DNA from: Paecilomyces variotii
Lineage: Eukaryota
Length of the DNA stretch: 64,000 nucleotides
Assembly (NCBI GenBank): GCA_004022145.1
Contig: RCNU01000002.1
Reading direction: 5' to 3' (one strand)
Below, one piece after another: positions 24,712 through 38,041 of the stretch; position 1 is the stretch's first letter, and each line of letters begins with the position of its first letter. The translations under genes were made by a program, and so were the position numbers. Under the pieces are notes generated by a model. The model saw only the letters and a list, made by a program, of their open reading frames with translations, had not been told where the DNA came from and ran no database searches.

Positions 24712-27700
24712 TCAGTCCGGAGGAGCGAAGTATCGAGTGAATCGCTCCTTCTTCGTAAGCCCCAGCTCGGCCACCACCCAGTGGCAGCTCATGAGAAGAC
24801 TTGGAAACCGGACCGTCCAGAATTGGAGATAGCCCACCGGAAGGCCGCCGATGTGGGCCTTGAGGTGCTCTGACATATCATTGTAATGGTGCTTCTTATT
24901 GCGGAGAGCCCGCAGCAAGTCCAGCATCTTAGAGCCGGTGTACTTGCGTTGTTTTCCAAGACTGTCTTTGAACTCCTTAGGAAGAGCTTTCAGGAAGTCC
25001 ATCTCGGGACCCATAACATTCAGCGCAACGGACTCAAGACACTGCAGAGCGGGGGACGGCGGGTCTCGAGGCTCAAATTCGAAGTGATCCGAGACATCGC
25101 AGAGAAAGTTGAGGCGTTCTGCAGCGGACCAGAAGAATGGATGCATCATAACGGCAGTTGCATCGGGTCTGGCGGATATGAATCAGTTTATCGATCATGA
25201 TAGGTGGGGTGAGTAAAGTACTTACCGACGACGAGGGTCAAGTGAAAGCATCGACCCGATGAGATCGTCCGCTTCAAACGCATACTCCCCCAGGCGCTGA
25301 AGATCGTCCAGGTTGTGATTACCCTTGACAATATTGGCTTCACGCATGAACTTGCCATCCTTATCGAAGGGGTGCCCCCCACGCGTCAGGACATAGTAAA
25401 AGACACAACCAAGAGAGAAAATATCAATGGCCCGCGTGGCTCGTCGATTCGTCTGAGGATCGACAACTGCGGGCTCCGAGGACTCTGTATTTTGGGACTC
25501 TGCCGCCGCAAAGTTAGGGGCGTTACTGTTTTGATCATCGTCCACCAGCAGCTCGGGCGCCCGCCAACCAGAAGTGCCAGCTGCGTGCGCCGTTGTTGCC
25601 CTGAACGAGCTCTGGTTGTCTTCCAATTTCTTGCAGAGCCCAAAATCCGAGATGAGGAGTCGCAAAGAGTGAGACCCCATCCGACCACGAGGAGCAGCTA
25701 CAAGGATGTTCTGCGGTTTGAGATCCCGATGGACTATTTTCAATGAGTGAAGGTATCGCACGCCAGCCGTGATCTGACGCAGGATGTCCGGGACATCCAG
25801 GCCGCCGTTAACCAGCTGCGGATAATCAGAAGGCCTTTCAACGAGCTCCTGCAGGGACGCAGGGCATAGTTCTAATGCGATGTATAGGAATCCCGCTGCT
25901 TGCTCACGGCAGAAGTATCGGATCACGTTGCCATGATCGTCACTCTCCTGCAGAAGACCCACTTCATGGGAAGCGATGTCGTAGAACTCGACCAGCATCC
26001 GCTTGACAGCCACATCTCTACCGTCGAAAGAACCTTTGTAGACAACAGTACCGTGGCTACCATGCCCCAGTACCTTGTCAGTGTAAACTTTCAGCTGGCC
26101 AATGCGAATTGCACCGTCCATCTCGACTATTTCGTTGGATACAGTCCTTGACAACTGAATGTCGGGTTCCAGTCTTGGCTGCGGTTGGAGATTCTTGACA
26201 GTCTCCACAACCTGGTCCGCTTGGCTCTTTGTGGCTTCTGTTCCTGGCTTCGCTTTGCGTTTATGAGCCTGGCCGCCGCGGCGGCCTCGTCGAGCTTTCC
26301 TCTTCTTTTCGGGCTCTTGTAGCTGTATGTCGTCCACATCGTCATCTCCATCCGGGCCACGAGACGGCTCACGAATCCGAACCTTGGGTGTCGCGTCAGG
26401 CGCTGGGACACTGGTATCCCTTTTGCGCCTAGGAGTGGCATTGCCGTCATTCTGTTCATGGGCAAAGTCGACGTCGATCGTCATATTCTGCGCGGATGCC
26501 CCGGGGCTGGCATCTCTGCTGAACGAGGTACCGACAACGGGTGTAGGGGGGGTCGATAGAGGTTGTCCATAGGATGAAATAATGTTCTTGAGGTCAAGTT
26601 TCTGTTTTGCCAGCTCCTGCAGATTGTGAGAGTTGAAATAGACGAACGCGCCGATGAAAAGGAAAAGCAAGGTCACGAAGATGTCAATGGCATTATCCCA
26701 GCCCTTCCGAATGATCACACTCCTTCTCAAACCGGGGGAGTACATGGGATCTGACGGGGATCGCATCAATTCGCGGGGAGTGTCATTCGACAATTCCGAG
26801 GCAGAGGGGCCAGAGATACTGGGGATGGTGCGGCGAACACCACGAGGTTCATTCAGCAAATGAACACCGGCAAGCGCAGCCTTCTGCTGAGCCAGATTAA
26901 GACTCGAAAGTGGCTGCCCGTCACGGAAATAGTCCTTCTCGTAGCATTGGGCCATCTTGGCGCGTCCTGTAACTAGTGGGTACGTAGTTTCGGACATGGC
27001 GTACCAACCGCCGCCTTCCGTGCAATCGATGAATACACGCGAATCCCTCTCTTCCAAACCGGTCGAGCCGTAATCGGGATCTGGGGGTTGCAGTGGCTGT
27101 GATAGCAAGACGAGTGGAGTTCGTGCGTCTGGGTTCTCCACACTGACAGGGCGCGCGATATCGAAGACACGGACAACGGGAGAAGAGAACCGCTGGGTGT
27201 ACCGGGGACGCTCCATGCGCGAGTGATCAAAGCCTAGCACGACACCATCGTGCATACTATAGATGTGACTTTGATCCATAGTTTGATAATACTGACTTTG
27301 CAGGTCGATGTCCCTGTTGTTTGCGACCCACTCGGAGTATCTCAGCGTGCAAATGGGTGTACCAGTTTCCGTGTTCTGGATTGCAACCGCATATTCGATC
27401 CGACCCAGCGTCAGGGTACCGGTCGATTCACAATCCTCCTCGTCCGTCTCTAAACCATCCACTTTCCGACAACTCTCCTCCGGTGTAATCGGCCCGCGGG
27501 AACTGAAAACACGCAATATCGTGCCAGTACGGGCATCCACTGTATACAGGGTAGTCTCCTTTCTGGCCGTATACGTAACGGCCGGATCTGTTCCCGAGTA
27601 AGGAGTCTCGTCAACCAATTCTCTGACCGTCAATCCCAACTTCTGGAGCCCCGCATTGGGGCCGGGACTATAGATGTACAGGCTGCCATCCCGGCTGGGC

Positions 27701-28227
27701 TCGACAATCCAGAGGAAGTCGTCTTCTGGTTGTGAATCATCGAACTGGGTGCGGTTGGCACGGTGGTAGATACTCTCGACCATGGGACTGCTGGGCACCT
27801 CGAGAGCCCATCGGGGCGCCCCTGTCTTGCGGTCTCGCGCGTGGATGGTGCCGTCAACGGTCGCCAGAAGGACAAAGTCCTCTACCTCCCAATCCTGCAA
27901 GGACCGCGCGTGAAGCTGCGGAGCCAAACCAGCGGATGGGCTGGTCTGGGCAGGAGGGGCTCGAACGGCGCGGCCGGAGCCCGCCAGAGCCAGGGTTGCC
28001 AGGGCGCTCGCATCGTCGGATGCCACTTTTACATCGAGAATGGGATGAGTGTGTCGAAATTGAGCATGAGGAGAATCAACGGCGTGGCCGGTCGGCCCTA
28101 CAGGGACCGAAATGCTCGAGGGTCCCTCATTAATAGCTGACAGCTGCTGCGGAGCTGCGAAGAGAGGGAGGAGCAGGAGGGCGACGCTGGCAGGGAGGGT
28201 CGGGAGGGCGCCAGGCCGCCACTTCAT
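24712..28227 (-). CDS. ire1: Ire1 ER-stress sensor kinase/endoribonuclease (intron ~25170-25226)
   Basis: Signal peptide, luminal domain (VLLATVDGTIHARDR), TM segment, kinase motifs LGHGSHGTVV, VAVKR, HRDLKPQN, DFG, GTSGWRAPE; KEN RNase domain DLLRALRNKKHHY. Confidence 0.98.
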
Positions 28228-29298
28228 CGTGGGAAGACTTCAAAATCAGTCGCCTCGAGTGTGGAAAAATAGATGGCTATGATGGTGATCGTGTCGAGGT
28301 CGGCCGTCGCAGCGTGTCATATATGGTAATCGTTTGGGGTTCAACTAGAGTAATCGATGGAGTCTAGTGAACGGACGCCATCCTGGGTCGAGTAAAAGTG
28401 AGATTGAATTAACCAGGCCTATAACAGAAAACGACAAAAATTGCCCGTCAGAAAAATAAGTCGTGTGAGAAGAGCAGGATAGTCGTGGGAGAGATTGTGG
28501 GATGAGATGGGGAAAGGGAGTAAGACGGAGAGAATGTGAGCGAAGGAGGTCGAGAGGGCGTTTGTCGCCTGAGGCTGCGCTGACTTGTCTCCAGCCGCTC
28601 TGGACTGACACGCTTAACCTTACCAAGAATAGAACGGTTCTTTAAGCACGAGTCTATCCCCACATCAAAAGATAGAAAAGGACGATGAGTAAGTTGCGTT
28701 CTTTTGCTTTCTTTGAGAAAGTCCATATTGAATACCTCTGTCCCTTTTTCTTTCGCCTTTGCTTTCTCTTTCCATCAATTATTGTCCCGTCTGCTTTGTT
28801 CCTTTGTTGCTTCCTGACCGACCAGGCCGGGGATACCGGGTGACAATACGTGACGCTTCCTGCTTACGACTCCACGTTTCATCCGGATGGGTCGTCGGCG
28901 GGGCCGTCGCCTGGTGTCCGGTATCGCTGTATTTCCTGGTAAATACCCAAGTAATCTGATGCTGCATCTTCCGTGAGCTTACGCAATGCGCGCACAGAAT
29001 TCATACTAGCATGATACCGAATATCGTTTAAAAAGGACGCGCCTCCCCCGAGATGCCGCTGTGGTACTATTGCCAGTGTTATAGACATCGGAAAGGGACA
29101 AGGGTATATGGAGCGTATAGAGGTACAAGCCAGTGCAAAACCCTCAACGTCAGACAGATAACCGGGAGAACAATCGAAGCGCCCTATGAGAAACAATAAC
29201 CATATACAGATACCTGTCAAGAGCACCCAAAAGAAAAAGAAGAATCCAAATGGAAATGGAAATGAAAAAGGAAAAGGGAAAGTGACCTCCACCGCAAC

Positions 29299-30900
29299 TC
29301 AACCGCCACGGATCATCCAGGTCATCATCCCGACCCATCCGGTCAAGAATATTGCTGTTACAATGCCCGCGCCGGCTCTATCACCCGTTGTGATCTTTAT
29401 TCCTAATCCATCACCCTTCGGGGTCTGGTTGTCGTCCAAACCGGCATTGGGGTCACCCTTACTCTTGCCGCCAGTGTCAGCGGTGAGTGGAGCCTGGTTC
29501 TTCTGCGAAAGGAGTTGGACCGAAAATATACTCGTCGCGCTCATCTGCGTCTCCAATGACTGAGTACCATCAAAAGTACTCTGCCACCAACGACGACCGC
29601 AGTGCTTGCCATCAGAACCGCCCGAACACTGTTTTGCGGCGGCTAGGGCCGATGCTTGCAGCTTCGGCATAATCACGTCCGTCTTGTAAGGTGCAACAGT
29701 GGTCAAGAAGGCAAGCCAGCTCGAAAGGAAGCCTTTGAAGCAGTCTTGGTTGCGGTCACACATCATGTTTGGCTCACAAGCGACCTCCGACATGATATTG
29801 CCGCCATACTGCTGCGGGAAGAAGGTCTTGAAGGTGGTGTTGAGCAGACCGTCAATGCCCTCTTGCCATTTCTGTGCGCCTTTGGTCTATTTTCCCAACT
29901 AGTCAGTGGGCCGAGGAAATTCTTCAATGCAGGTTTGGTAGGTCGCTTACAAAATTATACATGTATCCTGCGCCACTGATGTACGTGCCATAGTTATAGG
30001 TCCACTGCAGGTCACCCTGATCCTTACACTGCGTGTCCACGTTCGTTGTATCGGCGACATTCCACGTCTTGTTGTTCATCAGCGGTGTCGTCAGCGTCCA
30101 GTCCCAGATCTTTTCCGCCCAGTCGGCGTAGGTCTGGTTGTTGGTGTATCGCGCCAGGCGTGCTGATAACTGGAATAGACCTCCGTTCGAGATTGAGTTC
30201 TTTGTGGTCCATCCGGCCTGGTAAGAGTTCTGCTGCCAGCGCAGACCACCGCCACAACTGCCCGTGTCCCACCGCGGCACCTGCGTGTTGAAGACACCCT
30301 GCGCGAGAGCTAACCACGAGACCTGGTTCGGTTGCTCGGGGAAATTCAATTCGGCCGCCGTCATTGCGGCCAACCCCCAGAAGACTTGGTCATCGTTGCC
30401 CTGTCATGATGCCAGTCAGAATTGAAAATGCGGAGAGGAAGCGCCCTTTATCTCCTTACCAGCCACTGGGTCCAGTTCGAGGGCAAGTAGTCGTTACCGT
30501 CGCCCTTCTGCCAGAGCATACCCTGGGTGGTTACGTTGTTGTAGGAATCATCACCGGTAAAGTACCAGTATTCGATCAACGTCATGAACATAGCACCTCC
30601 TTCCCACCAGGTGCCGGGCAGCTTTCCGGGAATCTGCCCGGTCTTGTTGCCATCATAGTAACTCATCATATCATAGGCAGCGGTTGCTGCCGCATTTTTG
30701 ATCTGTTCTATAATTAACGTCGCAAGGACCTCAGTCAGTCAAGGGATTCTCAACAATATCCGCCACCCTGTATGCGATTCTGGACACCCACCTGGATCAT
30801 TGATATTGGTCAGGCCGATATCTGCGACCGCTACCTGACCCGCAAGTAGAGCGGTCCAGAGAGCGCCCGTGAGACCGCAAAGCCGGCCGAAGAAGTGCAT
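29299..30900 (-). CDS. dcw1: GH76 mannan endo-1,6-alpha-mannosidase/transglycosylase, Dcw1/Dfg5 family, GPI-anchored (3 introns)
   Basis: Signal peptide from ATG 30900; WWEGGAMF, GNDDQVFWG catalytic motif, CGGGLRWQ, KNSISNG, WTYNYG, FKGFLS; C-terminal TTGDRAGAGIVT plus hydrophobic tail. Confidence 0.93.
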
Positions 30901-32166
30901 GGTATAGGGCGACAGACGAGAATAAAAACGAGCGACACACCCTCTTAAGGACTCATCGAAACGAGGGTTGGGCGGAGGAAAGATCAGACTAGGCAGTAAG
31001 CGAGCGTGATAAGAACGCGGTCCAAAAACTCGCTGAGATGGTTGATAATGACGGGAGGGGGGGAAACGAGAGATGAGCAGTTGGAGAGAGCGCGACTGTA
31101 GAGTTACAACCGTAGAGTAGAGCAGAAGGCGGCTCGTGTCTCACAGCAGGGAGAGGGACGATTGGGACTGTTTCCGTCATTCCCCAGCCAAGGACGCAGG
31201 ATGTACTCTTGTTGGCTGGAGGCGAACAACAGATCTTCTGGCACAGGCACGCATCCCAAGAATGGAGGGTGGATCAGGGGCGCATTTTCCCTTGTCTTCC
31301 CTTTTTGAGTACTCCGTGCCATTCGCTTTTCTTCCGCGTCGCCCATCTTCGTCTTCGTCGTTTGTCCGATCGACTGGCAACGGGGCCGACGATCGTATGC
31401 TTCCATCCAACATCACTGGTGGCTGCGGGGGAAGACCCAGCGATTGTCCTTGGCGCTTCCACGCAAGCTCCAAAATAATAATACATAATAATAAGCTGGA
31501 CCCCTTCCGTCATATGACACTACTCTAGATGGACGACACGGTTTGTCGCGATCGGGAGAAATTGCATAGTATGTAGCGCATATATTTAGTCGAGCAAGTC
31601 TCTTATCATGATCCAATGCGATACAATAATAATCATAGAAACTCTTCAGCGCCAAGAACCCAGCAAATTGGTGCGATCCGTGCACGTCTCCACCACGGAA
31701 GAGCCTTCAGGGGAGCGGGCCTCTTGGCAACATGGCGATCTGACATGGATATATATAGATTGACATGTACAGAGTGGAAGGTTTACCAGAGCGGTAGCCT
31801 GCAAGCACGATTATATATAACACAATAAGGCGACGAAACAAAATACTTCCTCCGTACATAGAGAAACGGAGAAGAAACAAAACAAGTCGGCGCAAGAGTT
31901 ACATCTACATGTTCTTCTTTCTTTCTCTAATCCTCAGTCCAGACATAAAATAAGATATCATACCGAGTTAAGATGCAGGAATAAGATAGGTCGCTCTTTC
32001 TTTAGTTGCAGGATTTTTCTTTTTTCCTCTAAACTTCATATGAAGACTCTTCGTGATAGATATTAGATCGTTTTTTCCTCCACTTTTCATCCAGTGGTTT
32101 CATCTTTCCCAATGCGAGTTCCCTACTGGACAACTGCGTGATTCATCAGAGAAGATTGTATGTCGT

Positions 32167-33976
32167 CTACATACGTTCACGTCGGCGTGGGGCGCTGCGG
32201 ATAATGTTGTCGACCCGGAGAAGGAGCTGCGTCACTGTTAGCATATGTGCCATAGCTGGTCACAGCAAGTAAGGAGGATCGAAAGTCAAGGGGACGGTCT
32301 TACCTCGGCAGCCTCAGAGGCCGACGACACAACGGCCCGTTTGAGCTTGTAGCTTTCCACGACACCGAGTTCCCGCATATCGGCGATTCCACCACCGGGG
32401 GTCAGCAGGTCAAGTCCAGAGCTCGTCATGCCGTTGTTGATAGCTTGACGTAGTCGTGTCACGAGGTCGCTCGAGTCCAAACCGGCGTTGTCGGCCAGAA
32501 TGGTCGGTAGCTGCTTCAGAGCCTGCGCGAAGGCATCGACAGCCAGCTGTTTCTTGCCTGTCGTGTTCTGTGCAGCGTGCTCGACAGCCTTGGACATCAC
32601 CATCTCCGCACAACCACCGCCAAGAGTCACCTTGGGCTCCTTCACCGTCTGTGAGAGCACTGCCAGAGCATCATGAAGAGATCGCTCCGCCTCATCCAGG
32701 AGCTGCTCGGTGGCACCACGAAGCACAATCGTGCAGGCTTGGCCGGCAGCAACGCCGGAGAACTTGATCAAGGTATCCTCACCAATGATGACCTCCTCAA
32801 TTAGGTCACAGTGACCCAGCTTGACCTGGTCCGGGTGGTCGAATGTAGAAGCAATCTCACCACCAGTAACCAACGCCAACCGTTCGATACCGTCGAAATC
32901 GGCGTGCTCAATAGAGACGATGCCTGCCTCCGTGAATAGCTGCTCGGGCCAGTTGTAGATGAGCTGTCGGTTGACGAAGCAGTTGATTCCGTGTGCCTTG
33001 ATCTTCTCGACCTTGGCACGCATCTTCTCGCGCTCTGCCTTCTCCAGCTCTGCCAGCTTACCCGTCGATTCCACCTTGACCCGGGCACCGAAGATCTTGA
33101 CCTTGTCCGTATCCATTGCGGTGTTGGCAACGAGGATCTTGGCGTTCTCCAAGCGCTTCGGCTGGTTGACACCGATCTTCTTGTCCAAAATGAAGCCCTC
33201 GTCGAGGTAGGAGTCGCTTAGCTTGCCACCAGCTTTCTTGATGATCTGAATATGGCTCAGATCGGTCGAGCCCTTCAGGCGGAGAACTGCTTCACACGCA
33301 AGAGTAGCGAACTGATCCCGGTCCTGGGCTAGAACCTTGGAGCTGAGAGTGGTACGGGCAATGGCCCGGAGGTCATTCCGGAATGCCTCTGGATCCTGAC
33401 TGCGGTCCACAGCAGATTTCTCGAGAGCAGCTAGAGCAGCCTTGCTAGCTATCCGATATCCTTCGATAATCGTTTGGGGATGGATCTTCTTCTCGACAAG
33501 CTTCTCAGCCTCTCGCAACAATTCCGCGGCCAGCACCGTAACGGATGTTGTTCCATCACCAACTTCGTCATCTTGCACCTTTGAGATATTCACCAGAACC
33601 TTTGCAGCAGCATTATCAAGAGCAATAGCTTTCAGAATGGTCGCTCCGTCGTTCGTGACCAAGATCTCTCCAGTCGACCTATGATAAGGATATGTCATCA
33701 GTAGCGGTCCTCAACCCGACCCCGCAGACTCAAATTTCATGGACATACGCAGACTGCAGGATTTTATCCATTCCTTTAGGTCCAAGAGTACTCTTCACGA
33801 GGTCGCCCACAGCGATAGCGCCCACGAAGGCGGACAATCTCGCATTCTCACCCTTCTCCTCGGTGACATCGTCGGCAAAGATCTGTGTGGGGTTGTTGAA
33901 AGAGGCAGCCTGTAGAAGAAAAAAACAGGTCAGTGTCTATTGTTAGATGTCCTCACTGTTGAGAGTGACAAACCAT
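32167..33976 (-). CDS. cct2: T-complex protein 1 subunit beta (CCT/TRiC chaperonin), 3 introns
   Basis: ATG-only first exon; [54 protein letters not shown]; last exon [18 protein letters not shown]. Confidence 0.97.
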
Positions 33977-34206
33977 GGTGATTAAATCCGGGGTATAAAC
34001 TGGCGGCCGTCGTGTCTGCGAGAGAGATATGGAGGTTCAAGCAGCACCGCACGTCCTGATGATGGTGGACTGCGGGACGGCGACCACCAAAAAAGTTCGC
34101 GATGTGGCCCGAGCTTCCTGCTCCGGACAGCGCTTGTATCACAACGTGTCTTGAGGTCCCTTCCGCTTAAGGCCGCTTTATTTCTGCTTGACGCACAACT
34201 ATAAAT
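33977..34206. promoter_or_regulatory. Compact bidirectional promoter between cct2 and the WD40-cyclophilin gene
   Basis: Only ~230 bp separate the two divergent ATGs. Confidence 0.6.
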
Positions 34207-36219
34207 ATGGCAGAGACCGAGGAAGTGAAGAGTCCAGCTTCGAACAAACGTCCGCTATCGGATGTTGAAGGCGAAGCACATGCCAACGGTAAGTTCTTGG
34301 AAGTCCCCATCATGCGACAGCTGATCCCAAGCTTGATACTGACCATATCGAATAGGCGATGAATCCTCCTCAGACGATGATTTCGGCCCTGCTCTTCCCT
34401 CTGCAGCAGCGCCAAAAAAGAAGCGACGCAAGCTTGCGTTCGAAAAGGTCTACGTGAATTCCCTTCCAGCGTCCTCCCGCTACTCGAAGTCGCTCATGCA
34501 CAAGGACCAACTGTCCTTCATCACAATTACGCCTCATACAGACTTTTTGATTACAAGCTCTGTGGATGGATTTGTCAAGTTCTGGAAGAAGCTGGCTGTG
34601 GGTGTCGAGTTCGTAAAGGAGTTTCGCGCGCATACCACGGAGATTACGAGCGTGAGTGTCAGCGCCGATGGGAGGAGCTTCGCGACAGCCGGGGCAGATA
34701 AGACTGTGAAGATATTCGACGTGATCACATTCGGTACGTCTGCTTGGTTAGTTTTGGAATTGCGAGTTCATGCTGATGGGGCTTAGATCTCCTCTCAATG
34801 TTGCAGCTCGACTTTACACCGCGTTGTTTATGCTGGGTGCACCGACGGGGGGCGTCTCTACCTATGCTCGCTGTCACAGATGAATCAAGTAATAAGATTC
34901 TGCTCTACGATGGACGAGGCGAGAATACTCAGCCTCTACATACTCTCACCAACATCCACAGGAAGCCTGTGGTGGCGATTGCCTTCAACGACGCCTACGG
35001 CTGCGTTATATCGGCGGATGAGTCGGGGATGATTGAGTACTGGCGATCCGGGGACGGGTCATTTGAGAAACCAGACAACGTGTTTGAACTGAAGTCCTCG
35101 ACGGACTTGTTTGAATTCAAGAAATCCAAATCCGTGCCTGCGTCTATCACGATATCGCCTTCGGGCCAGCAATTCTCGACCTTCTCCTTCCCTGATCGCC
35201 AGGTCCGCGTATTTGACTTTCCCACTGGAAAGCTCTACAGGAAATACGATGAGTCGCTTCCTACCATTATCGAGATGCAGCAGGCTGGCACAGCATTGCA
35301 GAAGCTAGATGAAATCGAATTTGGTCGACGACTGGCCGTCGAACGGGAACTCGAGAACCCTGTTACGCAACCCAAGGTGAATGTGATTTTCGATGAATCA
35401 GGGCATTTCATTCTCTATGGCTCTGTGTTGGGTATCAAATGCATTAACACCTTTACGAACCGGGTTGTCCGGGTGTATGGCAAAGACGAGCCGTTCCGTG
35501 CGCTCAATCTTGCCATTTATCAAGGCCAACCACAGAAAAAAGGCCTCGTAACTGTCAGCATGGCCGCTAGCTCAAATCCACTACTTCAAGAAGCTGAAGT
35601 GCGCGATCCGATGCTGGTCAGCACTGGTTTCGGTAAAGTCCGCTTCTACATCTTCACGAACGAAACCGAGATTTCCAAATCATCTCGTGATGTTCAGAAC
35701 GAAAAGCCTCGTCAGGGAGGCGACCGCGAAGCTACGGTCCAGAAGCATACAGAGACTGGTACTTCGGCCATCCTTCACACTACCATGGGTGATATCCATC
35801 TCCGCCTCTTCCCGACCGCAGCCCCCAAGGCAGTCGAGAATTTTGTCACCCATGCCCGTAATGGATATTACAACAACACTATATTCCACCGTGTGATACG
35901 CAAATTCATGATCCAGGGCGGAGACCCGAACGGTGATGGTACAGGGGGCGAGTCCATCTGGGGTGGTGAGTTTGAAGATGAATTCTCAAGTCTAAAGCAT
36001 GATAAGCCATACACGCTCAGTATGGCCAATGCCGGACCCAACACAAACGGTAGTCAGTTCTTTATCACGACAGAGAAAACGCCGTGGTTGGACGGCAAAC
36101 ATACGATCTTTGGCCGGGCGGTTGCGGGGCTGGATGTGGTGCATAAAATCGAGAATACGAAGGTATACAAGGAGAAACCAGAAGTGGATATCAAAATCGT
36201 CAGTATCAGCGTCTCTTGA
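34207..36219 (+). CDS. cyp15: WD40-repeat cyclophilin peptidyl-prolyl isomerase (PPWD1/Cyp15), 2 introns
   Basis: [30 protein letters not shown] repeats; C-terminal cyclophilin [43 protein letters not shown]. Confidence 0.96.
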
Positions 36220-37077
36220 GATGCGTTTTGACAATTTTTCTTTTTCTTATTAGTCAAACGGCTGCTATTTACTCTCAATACGGTCAACTGGGTAATGTAT
36301 TGTAGGCAATATCACGTGGAACTTTGTACGCGGCGTATTTATATATATTGCAACCCTCTTGGTATTCATATTCTAAATTGAATGGAGATGCTAATATGAT
36401 ACAACGGAACCCAAATATCTGGATCTTGAAGTAATTATGTATTTAATTAGCGGATGCAATGTGAATAAATATATATCACTACGATGTGCAAAAAACATAT
36501 CAGGACCATTTCTATTCAACTGAGTAGCTTCGCATAAAAATATAAGCTCTGGCGTCTACTTGAAGATAAAGCATATGCATATATAAAATATTTTCAGTCC
36601 TTTGAGAGCAAAGCAGGCAGGCAAGATAGTGCCATGTATTAGTATAGCGAAAGATACCGCTTGATATAACTATGTGACGTATTAATGCAGGCCATGACGG
36701 AGAAAAAGTGTATACATATGTATGTATGGCACCTGTTTGTCCATAATAACATGGCCAATTCATTTCTGGCTCCAGTATAGTATACTGTTCGATGCCGAAC
36801 ACGGGTAGTAATGCCAACAAGTGCCGCTCCACGCTTTCCTATAAGAGTTTCAATGCCGACTCTTTTTCTTCTGGTTCTGCCAGAATATAATGCAATGGAT
36901 ACACCGGTACGCCGCCTTTCAGAGACCACATCCAAAAAGATAAATAGAAAATGCAAGACAATTATAAGATGCAGATCCGCTGCAAAAATGATGGGAATCC
37001 AACATGCGATGCATGAACATTAGATGGCACAGCGCAACTGAGAGCGCGAAAGAAAGAAAATGATATCAAAGACCATT

Positions 37078-38041
37078 TCAGACCTCATGGATATCGATGT
37101 CTCCTTCCTGCGAGGGACCGGCAACTTTGTGTAACCGCGTGGACAGCCGGCTGTTTCTACTCGAATTCGGACCGTTACGCGTATCAGGCGTGCTGGTCCC
37201 AGAGAACTCCGATTTTGAACCCGCTAATGCGACTGCTGAGTCCATATTGACGAAGTCAACGCTACGGGTTTGCGGCGGACCCCATACCTCCGATTTCGGG
37301 TAGGGAACGCCAGCGACGCCTTCGGCATTGGGTGGAGGTGCTGTGCCGTCTGCAGTTGAGGTATCTCCATGGTAGAGTCCGGGGCGCTTCGCGTCGTAAC
37401 GGCGCTTGAGCCACATGCCAGCAAGGGCGATTGCCGTGAGTCCCACGGCCAGGACGATAATCATGATAACCCACTGGTAATGGGTCGAGATCCTACATAA
37501 AGAATGACCACGTTAGTGGGATCCCTATCTCAAAACGGGCGGCCGTTGACAGCTGATATAGCAGGACACCCTGAACATACCATGACGGAGGGCTGGGATA
37601 ACTCTTCACATGAGTCGCAGCGGTTGTTGTAGCAGCAGCATTGGTGGCAGTGGTCGAGGTGGAAGTCGTGGTCGTCTGGACGTCTCCTCCCGTAGCACAG
37701 AAATTATTATACCATTGCTCCAATGTCTGGGCATCGGCGGCCGAGCAAGCAGTACAGACACTAGCGGGAGATGAGCGCAATTGCGTGAGAAGGGTGGACT
37801 GGCAGAAGCAAGAGACGTAGGTCGCCTTGTTCGTCACTGGAGCTGCTGGTGGTACACAGGAACCCTGAGCCTGCTCAAGGGTCTGGCAAGTGAGAGCACA
37901 GGCGGGGAAGGTGTCGGAGGCGGCGGAAGGCAGCAGAGTGACACTCTGTGCAGCGGTCGAAGAGGCAAAGAGGGCTGGGACGAAGACGCAGAGCAGGGAG
38001 ATGGCGTCGATCCACAGCAAGGAGGGGAGCCACGCTCCCAT
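37078..38041 (-). CDS. Single-pass membrane protein with 8-Cys CFEM-like ectodomain and Thr-rich stalk (1 intron ~37493-37580)
   Basis: Signal sequence; PACALTC-x9-C...CFC-x15-CTAC-x15-C; TTTTSTSTTAT stalk; WISTHYQWVIMIIVLAVGLTAIALAGMWLKRRY TM segment with basic stop-transfer; cytosolic tail. Confidence 0.75.

Noticed and set aside
24712-28700. HAC1-type non-canonical intron or Ire1 target hairpins near ire1
   Set aside because: The only intron seen is a normal GT-AG intron; no paired CNGCAG hairpins were recognised by eye.
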